Shown here: positions 1 to 9,356 of the stretch, in pieces
Numbering within the stretch: the first letter of the stretch is position 1
Layout: each line of letters begins with the position of its first letter
IMG/VR virus record: IMGVR_UViG_3300028048_000001
Location: 1 to 64,000 of that record
Length of the DNA stretch: 64,000 bases
Origin: a virus
Lineage: Duplodnaviria > Caudoviricetes
Reading direction: 5' to 3' (one strand)
Position numbers and translations under genes: made by a program
The notes under the pieces: model-generated
What the model was told of the DNA's origin: nothing
The model's input: the letters and a program-made list of their open reading frames with translations, nothing else
Database searches by the model: none

Positions 1-164
1 AATGGAGCACTATTAAAACAATTATATCCATTCAAAGGTGCAGTAGCAGTACTTCCATTATACCCATCAGGAAATACTATAGTTGAACCCCATTTAACAC
101 ATGTACAAGTATTAGTACCCCATTTAATAACAGTACATTTTGTACTACCCCATTTAATAGCCAT
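1..164 (-). CDS. Partial CDS (runs off the window) with three tandem [IV]KWGxxxCT-type repeats; possible tail fibre/adhesin-associated protein
   Basis: ATG at 164 translates MAIKWGSTKCTVIKWGTNTCTCVKWGSTIVFPDG...; open to position 1; not in the ORF track. Confidence 0.55.
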   Translation of the reverse strand, partial: MAIKWGSTKCTVIKWGTNTCTCVKWGSTIVFPDGYNGSTATAPLNGYNCFNSAP

Positions 165-362
165 ATAAAAAATATATTATTCTTTACATAGCACATACTA
201 GCGTCATATAAAATAAAAATCCATAGGAGCAATCCTATGGATTTTTATAAAAAAGAAAAATAATTTATATTTTAAAAAAAATATTAGATATATAAGAATT
301 TTTAATAAAAAATAAAAATCTATAAGAGATTTTTCTCCTATAGATTATAGATAAAAATAAAA

Positions 363-446
363 TGCTAGCAGTGGGACTTGAACCCACACGGTAAAATTAC
401 CATCGGATTTTAAGTCCGAAGCGTCTGCCTATTCCGCCATGCTAGC
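363..446 (-). tRNA. tRNA-Leu (UAA)
   Basis: Cloverleaf GCTAGCA...TGCTAGC-A, anticodon arm TCGGA-CT-TAA-AA-TCCGA, long variable arm, GGTTCAAGTCC T arm; no encoded CCA. Confidence 0.95.
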
Positions 447-450
447 ATAA

Positions 451-523
451 TCTCCGATGCGAGATTCGAACTCGCGACAACTTGATTAAAAGTCAAGTGC
501 TCTACCTCCTGAGCTAATCGGAG
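451..523 (-). tRNA. tRNA-Lys (UUU)
   Basis: Anticodon arm CTTGA-CT-TTT-AA-TCAAG, D arm GCTC/GAGC, GTTCGAATC T loop. Confidence 0.95.
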
Positions 524-527
524 TAAA

Positions 528-599
528 CAGCCCCAGGTGGAGTCGGACCACCAAATACAAGAGTCAAAGTCTTGTGCCTTACCGTTTGGCGATGGGGCT
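528..599 (-). tRNA. tRNA-Gln (UUG)
   Basis: Anticodon arm CAAGA-CT-TTG-AC-TCTTG; T loop is the variant TCCGACT. Confidence 0.9.
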
Positions 600-609
600 T
601 AATTAATTA

Positions 610-880
610 ATCTTTTTCTTATATCTCCCCACACGGGCAAGACATAATTTATTTGAGTCGATTATTCTCAAAAACTCCACTGGACCGATTGGGTCAATTC
701 CAGGAGAAGGTATTTTGTACCTTTGCCCATATCCATCCTTTAATCTCATCAGCCAGAGTATGGGAAAGAAACTGATGGGGTACTTGCAATCTTTATACCT
801 TTACAGAGTATAATCTCTGTATGGAAGTGAACGCACCTTCACCCAGGCTTGATAGACAGTACTATCTATCAAAAGATTGC
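610..880 (-). ncRNA. Unclassified structured RNA, copy 1 (four-way junction, pseudoknot, hairpins)
   Basis: Same helix order as 969-1259 with compensatory sequence changes; lies between two tRNAs. Confidence 0.7.
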
Positions 881-884
881 TCAA

Positions 885-958
885 TGGAGCGTCGGGGACT
901 CGAACCCAGGACCGGTCGGTTATGAGCCGACTGCTCTAACCAGCTGAGCTAACGCTCC
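885..958 (-). tRNA. tRNA with CAU anticodon (Ile2-like or Met)
   Basis: Anticodon arm GTCGG-CT-CAT-AA-CCGAC; body resembles Firmicute tRNA-Ile2 rather than initiator tRNA. Confidence 0.9.
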
Positions 959-968
959 TTACATGGTG

Positions 969-1259
969 ATCTTTTTCTTCCCAATTCATCATCGAATCGG
1001 TAATCTTTCGGTTGATCACTTAATCCGAAAACTCTATCTTGACTACGTGGGGTCTCAAGAGAGGTTATTGTATCACCTTGCCCATATTCTTCCCACAATC
1101 TATCAGCCCGAATATGGAAAAGACACTAAAAGCTGATAGAGATGCAGAGCACTTTTACCTTTTACAGATTAGGATCCTAGTAATCTGTTAATGTTTTGCA
1201 TCGAAACATTAGGAATACTATTTATATTAAATATTAATTTAATATAAATAAAGTGCTCT
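969..1259 (-). ncRNA. Unclassified structured RNA, copy 2
   Basis: P1 AGAGCACTTT/AAAGTGCTCT encloses three hairpins; then pseudoknot TCTATCAGC/GCTGATAGA with CCATATTC/GAATATGG; shared 3' AAGAAAAAGAT. Confidence 0.7.
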
Positions 1260-1315
1260 TCTTCTGATACATCTATCAGAAATTTTGTTTTATTTTGAAT
1301 GATTACTCATTCTCA

Positions 1316-1402
1316 AGCTGGCCTTTTTTATTTATGGGAAACGCACCACATAAATATTATGCATGTCTGCACCATGATAATGGGAGTATTGTCCAGCTAC
1401 TC
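1316..1402 (-). ncRNA. Structured RNA domain, repeated at 1629-1704
   Basis: P1 AGCTGG/CCAGCT versus GATTAG/CTAATC in the other copy; conserved ACAATACTYCCAT and ATGGTRCAGACATGYATAA. Confidence 0.6.
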
Positions 1403-1451
1403 TCTATTTTTCAATATTATATTATATAATTGAAAATTTTTATTTTTTAAA

Positions 1452-1525
1452 TCGGGATGACATGATTCGAACATGCGACTCCCTGTTCCCAAAACAGGTG
1501 CCCTACCAGACTGGGCCACATCCCG
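1452..1525 (-). tRNA. tRNA-Pro (UGG)
   Basis: CGGGATG/CATCCCG acceptor stem, anticodon arm CCTGT-TT-TGG-GA-ACAGG, GTTCGAATC T loop. Confidence 0.95.
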
Positions 1526-1532
1526 TAAATAA

Positions 1533-2147
1533 TAATGCACAGTGCATCCACTGTGACTAACTCATGATAATGACCCGAATTATCTAACCGGTATTCAGAT
1601 AATCCTATCATGTTCGGATTTATCCTAAGATTAGCCTTTTCACTATTAGTAAAAATAGTTATACATGTCTGTACCATTTTTATGGAAGTATTGTCTAATC
1701 ACTCTTATAATTAAATCTCCAAACCCAAAGAGATTTATGTCGAGTGTAATACCGATTTTTTATTGTAAAAGTTTTTACCATTACAATGGGACAAGATCTA
1801 AAAGCCCTACTTCATCACAATGTTTTGTGATATACCTATCTCGGGCAAGATAGCCATTATAATATTATGTATTTTTATTTATATATAACATTAAGTGATC
1901 AATTTAATATTATATATAAAAATATCTAATCCATAATAATTAGATACCATAAATAACCATATTTGGTCCGAAGATGTACTTTCTTCAACGGGCATATAAA
2001 ACAAGTAAACCTGTTTTTATTACCCTCAATTATGGTGGACGATCTTATATTTTTATTAATTAAAAAGAAGATCTTTACCCAGATAATTTATAGTCTATTA
2101 TGAAATTATAAAATTATCAAAATTATTTCATAACGTTCTTTGCATCA
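1533..2147 (-). ncRNA. Putative large (~615 nt) multi-hairpin non-coding RNA upstream of tRNA-Pro
   Basis: No credible ORF; dense succession of stem-loops; termini complementary (TGATGCA...TGCATTA). Confidence 0.5.
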
Positions 2148-2422
2148 TATATAAGGTTACTATTTAATATTAAAATAGTCTAGTTGTCCTAGAACGACTT
2201 GGCCAGCCATACCTCTATCGATATAATTATAAATATTTACCTTTGTTTTCTATCTATAGTTTATATCGATTATACGACACTAATAGTTATAGTAGTAATC
2301 GAAACTACTTATAATAATATGAATTATTATAATATACCAATATATAACCTTATTATTTATTATATTTTTTATACTACTCCTGCAACTCTGTACTTATTAG
2401 TTACAGGAGTAGTAAAATATTA

Positions 2423-4246
2423 TTATTTATAATTGAAGGATTTTATAATATTCATCCCCCAATTTAATATATTTCCTTTTATCGATGCTTTTGTAACCCA
2501 TAAAGCCAAGTTAATTTTGTCTGTATTTTCTACAATATTATCAAGAATTGTAGGATACAATCTCCAAATATCTTCTTTATTCTTGATAATTACAATTACA
2601 CTCTCTCCTTTCTGAGGCTGATTATTACTAGAATTATTTATCATTCTGGAAGCCTCCATAATATAGAAAGTATCAACATTACTTTCCATGAAATCTTCAT
2701 AAGTGCAGTTAAAAAGTAGAATTTCACCACCTTTTAAATTTTTCTGAGAAGTAATTTTTTCAAAAGCTTTTATATATCCCCCTGTATCTTCAATGTTACC
2801 GTTAATATATTGAGGGACATAACTTCCAGTTTTTGCATTATAGTGCATTGTGATAAGATTAACATCCATATCAATACATACTTTCATCACAGCACCATAT
2901 GCACATTGCATACCAGAAACATATAATTTCAACTGTTTAATTTTGTTGTTATTATATTCATCAAAATCAAAATTATTTCTAATAAAATCCCTTACAATTC
3001 TTTCTTGTTCTGGATAGTTAAACATTAATTCCTGATCGAAAGATTCAGGAAAAATGAATTTATTTACAGGCATTGGGTGTCTGTCTGCAATAAGTCCAGC
3101 TTCTACAGTTTCAGAATTATTTTTGGATGCAATGTTAAATGAAAAATTATCAAATCCAAAAATTTTCTGAAGTTCTGTAAATTTATCAGGATTAAATTCA
3201 AAATCATTGAGTCCCAATCTTGTTCTTTCAATTGTTTTATCATATTTTACTGTTTCACTGATAAATTGCAGTACTTCTTCATTGCTAATAATACCGTCCT
3301 CATTTTCAAATTTGGTATTACACGCTTTATGAGCATACTGCACAAATTCCTGATTTGTTACATCAAAGAAATCAATTAATCTTAAAATACCATCATTAAT
3401 GATTACAAAATAGTATCTGTTTCTAAAAGAGTTTAAAATCTCAAACTCTTTTTTGTTATTAATTACTATATCTTCTCTAAGATCAGCAGGAGATCTGTTT
3501 TTAGATATACACCAGATGACCTGTTTAGGAAATTTATCATTTTTAATATCATAAACAGGTAAATCTGTTACAAACTTTATTGTACAAATAGAATTTACCA
3601 CATTAGAATTAGGCTTTAAATCTCTATTTCTAATGGGACTCATTTTCTTATTGGTTTTCTTCATATTATCTTCCTCAAGTTTTTCCTCTTTTGCTTTTGC
3701 TGGTAATGTAATAATAACTGCACTAATATCAGTATCAGTATTTGGGCTTTTAGTAGTAGTAACATTTTTTGCTTTATCTTTCGATGTTACATTCCGAGAT
3801 TTTAATATCTCTTTTATTACATACTCGGACGTATTATATTTAGCTGCTAATTTATTCCTACTGTTACATGATGGATTAGTCATGTAATCTAAACAAACAT
3901 TATCTTTTTCTTCTTCAAGAAAGTCATATAACGTTTTTGTAATTTTGTGTACAAAATTACTATCTACTTCTTTATTTTTATCTTTTATTTTTGTTTCTTG
4001 TTCTTGTTTAGTCATGTCTACCTCTTTTGAGTTTTCTTTTAATAAAGTATTTAATAGAAGAGGATTCATTCCTCCTCTAACTTTTATAACTAATCCAGTA
4101 TCTACTTTAAATTTATTTGCTATTTGCCTTAAATCACTGGTTGTTAATAATTTATTACATCGTATAATTTCTCCTTTTATCTCATTTTCAATTTTTGGTA
4201 TTAATTCTTTTAATTGTTTCTTACTAAATGAACCTTTTTGACTCAT
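2423..4246 (-). CDS. Hypothetical protein (607 aa), probably early
   Basis: Long ORF, GAGG RBS, upstream early-type promoter motif at 4291-4307. Confidence 0.85.
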   Translation of the reverse strand: MSQKGSFSKKQLKELIPKIENEIKGEIIRCNKLLTTSDLRQIANKFKVDTGLVIKVRGGMNPLLLNTLLKENSKEVDMTKQEQETKIKDKNKEVDSNFVHKITKTLYDFLEEEKDNVCLDYMTNPSCNSRNKLAAKYNTSEYVIKEILKSRNVTSKDKAKNVTTTKSPNTDTDISAVIITLPAKAKEEKLEEDNMKKTNKKMSPIRNRDLKPNSNVVNSICTIKFVTDLPVYDIKNDKFPKQVIWCISKNRSPADLREDIVINNKKEFEILNSFRNRYYFVIINDGILRLIDFFDVTNQEFVQYAHKACNTKFENEDGIISNEEVLQFISETVKYDKTIERTRLGLNDFEFNPDKFTELQKIFGFDNFSFNIASKNNSETVEAGLIADRHPMPVNKFIFPESFDQELMFNYPEQERIVRDFIRNNFDFDEYNNNKIKQLKLYVSGMQCAYGAVMKVCIDMDVNLITMHYNAKTGSYVPQYINGNIEDTGGYIKAFEKITSQKNLKGGEILLFNCTYEDFMESNVDTFYIMEASRMINNSSNNQPQKGESVIVIIKNKEDIWRLYPTILDNIVENTDKINLALWVTKASIKGNILNWGMNIIKSFNYK

Positions 4247-4365
4247 ATCTACCTCATTTCTTTATGAAATAAAATTACTTATTATATTTTTCACTATTAT
4301 AATATATACTTAAATTTTAATATTTTTTATTTACTTTTTAATAATAAAATAATAAGGATATATCT

Positions 4366-5118
4366 ATGGAGTATAATATTGAAAATTATTTTAATTTTAA
4401 GCAATCAATTCCAGAATTTAAATCTTATATGAAATATAGAAGAATTATTACTGAAGATATAGATGCTGATGAAGGATATGGCAATATATTAAGACCAGTA
4501 TTTATTGTTCTTCTTTATGTAGATTCTACATTTGATAAAATTGCAGAAAAACTTGTTAAAGGACAAAAATATTGGCATGCATCAATATCTTTTGGCCCTT
4601 CATTAAAATATTGCTATTCTTTTAATTATAATTGGGACAAAGAATTTAGTACTAATAAATTTAAAGGTGGGTTATCTTTTGAATCATTTGATACATACAA
4701 ACAAGAAGCTCCTACTGGAACAATGGAAGTGTCTTGTATATTACTTGGCAAAGATAAATACAATAAACTTAAAGAAACGTTAAATTATTATATTAGAAAT
4801 AAAGAAAAAACTAAATATGATTTTTTTAATCTTTTAAGATCTTTATTTGGAAAAGCAACCCCAGATGGAAATAAATTTAATTTAGTTTGTAGTACATTTG
4901 TTGATACTATTTTAAAATCTGTAGATATAAATATATCTAAAGTAAAAGCTATAAATTTAACAAAACCAGATGATTTAAGAGCAATGAGAAGAAATGAAAA
5001 ACAATTTAAATTATATTCTGGTAAAATAATAAATTATCCTATAAATAGAATAGTAGATAAAGTTAATAAACTTACACAAGATGCTAATAATAACTATTTT
5101 AAAGAAATAGAAAAATAA
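4366..5118 (+). CDS. Permuted papain-like (YaeF/YiiX-type NlpC/P60) protein
   Basis: His motif YWHASISF precedes YDF and the Cys motif VCSTFV; paralogous to the C-terminus of 24217-25836. Confidence 0.65.
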   Translation: MEYNIENYFNFKQSIPEFKSYMKYRRIITEDIDADEGYGNILRPVFIVLLYVDSTFDKIAEKLVKGQKYWHASISFGPSLKYCYSFNYNWDKEFSTNKFKGGLSFESFDTYKQEAPTGTMEVSCILLGKDKYNKLKETLNYYIRNKEKTKYDFFNLLRSLFGKATPDGNKFNLVCSTFVDTILKSVDINISKVKAINLTKPDDLRAMRRNEKQFKLYSGKIINYPINRIVDKVNKLTQDANNNYFKEIEK

Positions 5119-5138
5119 ATAATATGATAATAAAATTT

Positions 5139-5168
5139 AACCCTAGAAGAAAAATTCTTCTAGGGTTA
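5139..5168. terminator. Bidirectional intrinsic terminator (representative; similar hairpins follow most operons)
   Basis: AACCCTAGAAGAA/TTCTTCTAGGGTT between convergent genes; others near 10308, 11806, 20073, 25840, 37822, 47815. Confidence 0.75.
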
Positions 5169-5173
5169 AATTA

Positions 5174-5893
5174 TTATTCTTTTTTATTTTTGATCTCGCT
5201 ATATTTTTTCTGTTTATCTTTCTTCTTTTTAGTATTATATTCTTCTACTGCTTTTTTTGCTTCTTCAATTTTATCCATTACTTTTTTTCTTTCTTCAGCT
5301 TCTTTATTAACTTTATCTACAGTTTTATTAGCCATATTATCTATCTGATCTACTAAAGAAGATTCATTATTAATAGATTCTTTTTCATCATTATTATTAT
5401 TATTTTCTTCTACATTATTAGGATAATCGCTCTCTTTTCCAATGTTAACTTTTAATCCATATCTTCTACAGCCTCTGATAAGTTGCATTGGCCAATCATT
5501 ATTAATAGCTTTTCCTAAATTCTCTCCACCAAGAATGTTTTTATTTATACATTCACTAGGAAACACTACATGAAATTCAGCATTCTCAAGTTCTGGATTA
5601 TCACTAATATATTTTTCTAAAATTTGATTTGCAGCTTCATCAAATGGTTTATTTACAGCTTCACAGAAAGTAAAAAATTCAAAAGCTTCAATATAAACAG
5701 CTGGTTTTTCTCCAGTTGTAGCTACAATTTTAAGATTTTCTGGATTAGAAGCATTAATTTTCATAGCTTCTAATACCGTATTAGAAACAGGGACATTTAT
5801 ATTAGTTTCTGAGTAATTTGCAGATTCTTTAACACATTTATTTATAACATCAGACTCATATATAGTCTTAGCATTCATAATATCAAAATTCAT
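5174..5893 (-). CDS. Hypothetical late/virion protein
   Basis: ORF with RBS and AACT-N6-TA motif at 5922-5933. Confidence 0.75.
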   Translation of the reverse strand: MNFDIMNAKTIYESDVINKCVKESANYSETNINVPVSNTVLEAMKINASNPENLKIVATTGEKPAVYIEAFEFFTFCEAVNKPFDEAANQILEKYISDNPELENAEFHVVFPSECINKNILGGENLGKAINNDWPMQLIRGCRRYGLKVNIGKESDYPNNVEENNNNNDEKESINNESSLVDQIDNMANKTVDKVNKEAEERKKVMDKIEEAKKAVEEYNTKKKKDKQKKYSEIKNKKE

Positions 5894-5944
5894 AATAAAA
5901 TTCCCCTTATAGAGTATTAATTATTAAAAAGTTAAAATAAAGTA

Positions 5945-6643
5945 TTAATGTATACTATTATTAGATAAAATATCTGATAATTTTATTTTCATATTTCTTT
6001 CATTTTTTCTTATAATATCATCATATACTTTACTGAGAGTATTATGATTAAAAATATCATTATATGAATGACATGTGTAAATGTTTAATAAATGAGAAAC
6101 ACCGCCAGTTTCAGTATAATTCCATATATCATATAATCCTGTAAATACGGTATCTATAAAATCTCTAGTATCTGGATGTATAGCTTCTTTATATTTTATT
6201 TTTTCTGTCCAATAATCTAATAATATTTTAGGAGTCCAATTTTTTCCATTATAAGCACGAGATGCTCCAATAATATCACATATACATTCAATAGCAGGAT
6301 CTAAAGGAAATCTAACAATATAGCATCCTTCACTAAAACCAGTACTCCAATATGGAAAATGATGGTCATTATGTCCTTTATGATGTATAAATCCTGGAGC
6401 ATAACCAAATAATTTTAATTGTACTTCAACAGGACTTATTCCTTGTTCTACATATTTTACATTTGGTATAAATTCTGTAATAGAGAATTTGCTTAAATCG
6501 TGCACTATTCCTCTCCATATTAAGTCACATTTAAAGCAATATTTTGCAACCCAATATTTATGAATTAATATTGTTTTAATATGTAAAATAATTTTATTCA
6601 ATGTAATTTTATATTCATTTTTATTTTCTTCCATTTTTATCAC
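5945..6643 (-). CDS. HD-like metal-dependent hydrolase (DUF5662-like)
   Basis: HK...HDLSKF...HHKGHNDHH...ECICD motif pattern. Confidence 0.65.
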   Translation of the reverse strand: MIKMEENKNEYKITLNKIILHIKTILIHKYWVAKYCFKCDLIWRGIVHDLSKFSITEFIPNVKYVEQGISPVEVQLKLFGYAPGFIHHKGHNDHHFPYWSTGFSEGCYIVRFPLDPAIECICDIIGASRAYNGKNWTPKILLDYWTEKIKYKEAIHPDTRDFIDTVFTGLYDIWNYTETGGVSHLLNIYTCHSYNDIFNHNTLSKVYDDIIRKNERNMKIKLSDILSNNSIH

Positions 6644-8046
6644 CTTGGTTTTCTTTTATATTTTCTTGTCTTTTTCTTTGTATTATTCTTATTTATAATT
6701 CCAGTAGATTCAGCAGTTACTCCTTTTGTTGTATCCATACTTACACTAATATCACCAGTTATGGTACCAGTAGTAGTTTCAACACTTGCAACTCTACCAG
6801 ATCTTTCATTAATTTTAGATTGAACAGAATTAATAAAATCTGCACATTTTCTTAAAGTTATTGTCATTTGACATTTAAAATCTGTTCCTGATAATAAATA
6901 AATCTCTGTTTTTCCTACCAAATAATATAACCCACAATAAGATGGATTATCATGATAATATGAAAGCATGTATTGCTTATTTGGAGTGAATATTTTACTA
7001 TTCATATCAGATTTTGTAATAGTTAAAGTATTAGCATTTTCAGAAATCATAGTTGCTACATTATTAGCTGCATTAGGATCTGTACTCGATATAATTGAAG
7101 CAGCATTAGTATTACCAGTAATATTAGTTATTGCTGATGTATCTATTATAGAAACATCAGTAGATTCTCCTCCTTGAGAAGTATCTACTGAAGTTATAAT
7201 ACTATTTAAATTACTACTTATTCTATCTGTATTAATTTGAGCATCGTTAGCATTTACATATATTATATAAGCATCTTGAGATTCATCTTCTACTATTCCT
7301 GTAGAAAGGGATTGATATTGTGTTAAATCTTCAACATCAAATGCTATATATCTAAAATCATTATCTTTCATATCTATATAAGATCCATCATTAGATCTTA
7401 AATATGTTTTATCAAAATCTATATAATAAATATAATTACCAGTATAAAACGAATATTTTGAATTTACATAATTTATAAATTGTCCAACAGAAGTAACAGC
7501 AGGACAAGTAAAAGTTTCTATATCTGTATTATTTGTAAAAGGCTGAATAATTATATTCATATTAGATGTAGCTGATTGTATAAGAGATAAAGTATTAGTA
7601 TTTTTATAAACTCCTTCAAAAGTTTTTTGATTTTTTGATAATATATCTGATTTAATCAATCCAATTGTGCATGTTTTATATGCAATATTACCATTAGTTT
7701 CTCCTATTTCATCTAAAGCTTTATAAGCATTAGGATCATCTGTCATATAATAATCAAATTCTCCATTAACTATATACTTTGCTGTAGAAGATGTTGATCC
7801 ACTATCTCTTATACGAGATAAAGTAAGAACTATTTTAGCTGTACCTTGTTGAGGAACCATTTTATTATAAATAGATGGCTTAATATTTGCTTTAAGATAA
7901 ATAATAGGCATTATTTTATTTTTATAGTCATGAGAAATTAATATATACTTAATACATTCTTTCATAATTTCTACAGAATTACCATCTTTATCATTAAAAT
8001 GTAATTCACAATCATAAAGAAATGTAGATACAAATGATTTACCCAA
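6640..8046 (-). CDS. Putative virion structural (tail/baseplate) protein
   Basis: 468 aa, Thr/Ser-rich, TTG start with GGAGG RBS, late-type motif at 8069-8080; function inferred. Confidence 0.45.
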   Translation of the reverse strand: MGKSFVSTFLYDCELHFNDKDGNSVEIMKECIKYILISHDYKNKIMPIIYLKANIKPSIYNKMVPQQGTAKIVLTLSRIRDSGSTSSTAKYIVNGEFDYYMTDDPNAYKALDEIGETNGNIAYKTCTIGLIKSDILSKNQKTFEGVYKNTNTLSLIQSATSNMNIIIQPFTNNTDIETFTCPAVTSVGQFINYVNSKYSFYTGNYIYYIDFDKTYLRSNDGSYIDMKDNDFRYIAFDVEDLTQYQSLSTGIVEDESQDAYIIYVNANDAQINTDRISSNLNSIITSVDTSQGGESTDVSIIDTSAITNITGNTNAASIISSTDPNAANNVATMISENANTLTITKSDMNSKIFTPNKQYMLSYYHDNPSYCGLYYLVGKTEIYLLSGTDFKCQMTITLRKCADFINSVQSKINERSGRVASVETTTGTITGDISVSMDTTKGVTAESTGIINKNNTKKKTRKYKRKPR

Positions 8047-8170
8047 GGAAGAACCCTCCTATAAATATTATAGAGGAGTTTTTTAGATAAATAAACCCAA
8101 TAGGAAAATCCTATTGAGTTTAGTATATTATTTACTGTTATTTTATTATTAGTATTTTCATTTAATAAAT

Positions 8171-9241
8171 TTATTTTTCTTTAGTTACTGGAATTTCTTT
8201 ATGTGTAGTAATATATCTAGCTTTTCCGCCTAATTCAGGATCTTTTTTAGCTTTTTTAATATTATTAATTTTATAATTAGTACTATTTTGATCAGTTCCT
8301 GTTCCACCAGTTTTATCGCCTTTTTTATTTTTATAAAAATATATTCTTGGTGTTTTATAATATGTACCATCATTTGATCTAAATGTTGGAGTTAAATTTT
8401 TTATGTTTTGAGAAGGAGAATTATGATATAAATTATCATCTTTATCAATATTATCATTGTTTTTTGATTTTTTAGGATAAAATTCTAATTTTCCCTGTTG
8501 AAAAACTATATTTTGTATTGCATCAGCTTTTATTCCAGTTAATCTTTCAAATTCTGAATATAATTTTTTATATTCACCATAATCTTTAGTAGTTTCTAAT
8601 TTATTGAATATAGATTTTATTTTTTTATATGTTGGATCATCTTTACTACTAAATTGATGTGAATAAAATGAATTACTTTTTCTATCATTTGAAATTTCAT
8701 TAGTATTAGACTTCTTTATTAATTTAGAAGATATAGATTGAGGTAATTTGCCCCCTCTTTCTAATGTTCTTTTTACTATTATTGCTTTTTCTTTTGGCAT
8801 ATTTTCTATAGTTTTTTCTATATCAATATCTTTATATTTTTTAGATTGATAAAATTTTCTTACTGCTTTAAGATCAGCATCTCTAGATTTTGTAGGATCT
8901 GCTCCGTATTCAGGAACATTTCCTTCTATTGATCTTGATGCATCTCTAATTTTTTCTTTATTAGATTTTTGTTTATTATTAGAATTCATTTTTTCTTTAT
9001 TAAGAGAATATTCTTTTTTATAAGTTTCACTTTGCTTTTCGCCTGGTTTTTTTGGAAATGGATAGATTTTTTCATCAATACCACAATATTTTTTACCTTT
9101 TAATCTATCACTTGATTCTATTCTAGCACCTTTTCTTAAAGTATGAATTCTTTCACCAGACTTTATAGCTCGTTGTGCATCTTCTTTTGAAGCTTCTAAT
9201 AAAAATAAATTTTTTAAAAATTCTAAATTAAATATAGCCAT
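8171..9241 (-). CDS. Basic putative internal head protein; C-terminus resembles an ADP-ribosyltransferase-type fold
   Basis: MAIFNL N-terminus shared with other late proteins; LYHNS...L.P...PRIYF motif; late-type motif at 9261-9272. Confidence 0.4.
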   Translation of the reverse strand: MAIFNLEFLKNLFLLEASKEDAQRAIKSGERIHTLRKGARIESSDRLKGKKYCGIDEKIYPFPKKPGEKQSETYKKEYSLNKEKMNSNNKQKSNKEKIRDASRSIEGNVPEYGADPTKSRDADLKAVRKFYQSKKYKDIDIEKTIENMPKEKAIIVKRTLERGGKLPQSISSKLIKKSNTNEISNDRKSNSFYSHQFSSKDDPTYKKIKSIFNKLETTKDYGEYKKLYSEFERLTGIKADAIQNIVFQQGKLEFYPKKSKNNDNIDKDDNLYHNSPSQNIKNLTPTFRSNDGTYYKTPRIYFYKNKKGDKTGGTGTDQNSTNYKINNIKKAKKDPELGGKARYITTHKEIPVTKEK

Positions 9242-9356
9242 AATAAATCTCCTTATTTATTATAAAGGAGTTTTTCATATAATTCATTTATTTTTAAACA
9301 TGCTAATAATATAGGTATCTAATTGTATGCTAATTTATATTTTGTGAGGTAATTAT

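Noticed and set aside
725-780. CTGATGAG suggesting a hammerhead ribozyme; pseudoknot beside tRNAs suggesting an HDV-like theta ribozyme
   Set aside because: No stem II followed by GAAA, and copy 2 has CTGATAG; no room for HDV P3/L3, and the element does not start at a tRNA 3' end
2217-2270. 10-bp inverted repeat ATCGATATAA/TTATATCGAT in an AT-rich gap, considered as an origin or additional RNA
   Set aside because: Single occurrence with no iterons or covarying copy
1447-2432. Short ORFs 1447-1677, 1665-1853 and 2199-2432
   Set aside because: They overlap tRNA-Pro, structured RNA or low-complexity AT-rich DNA and lack an RBS
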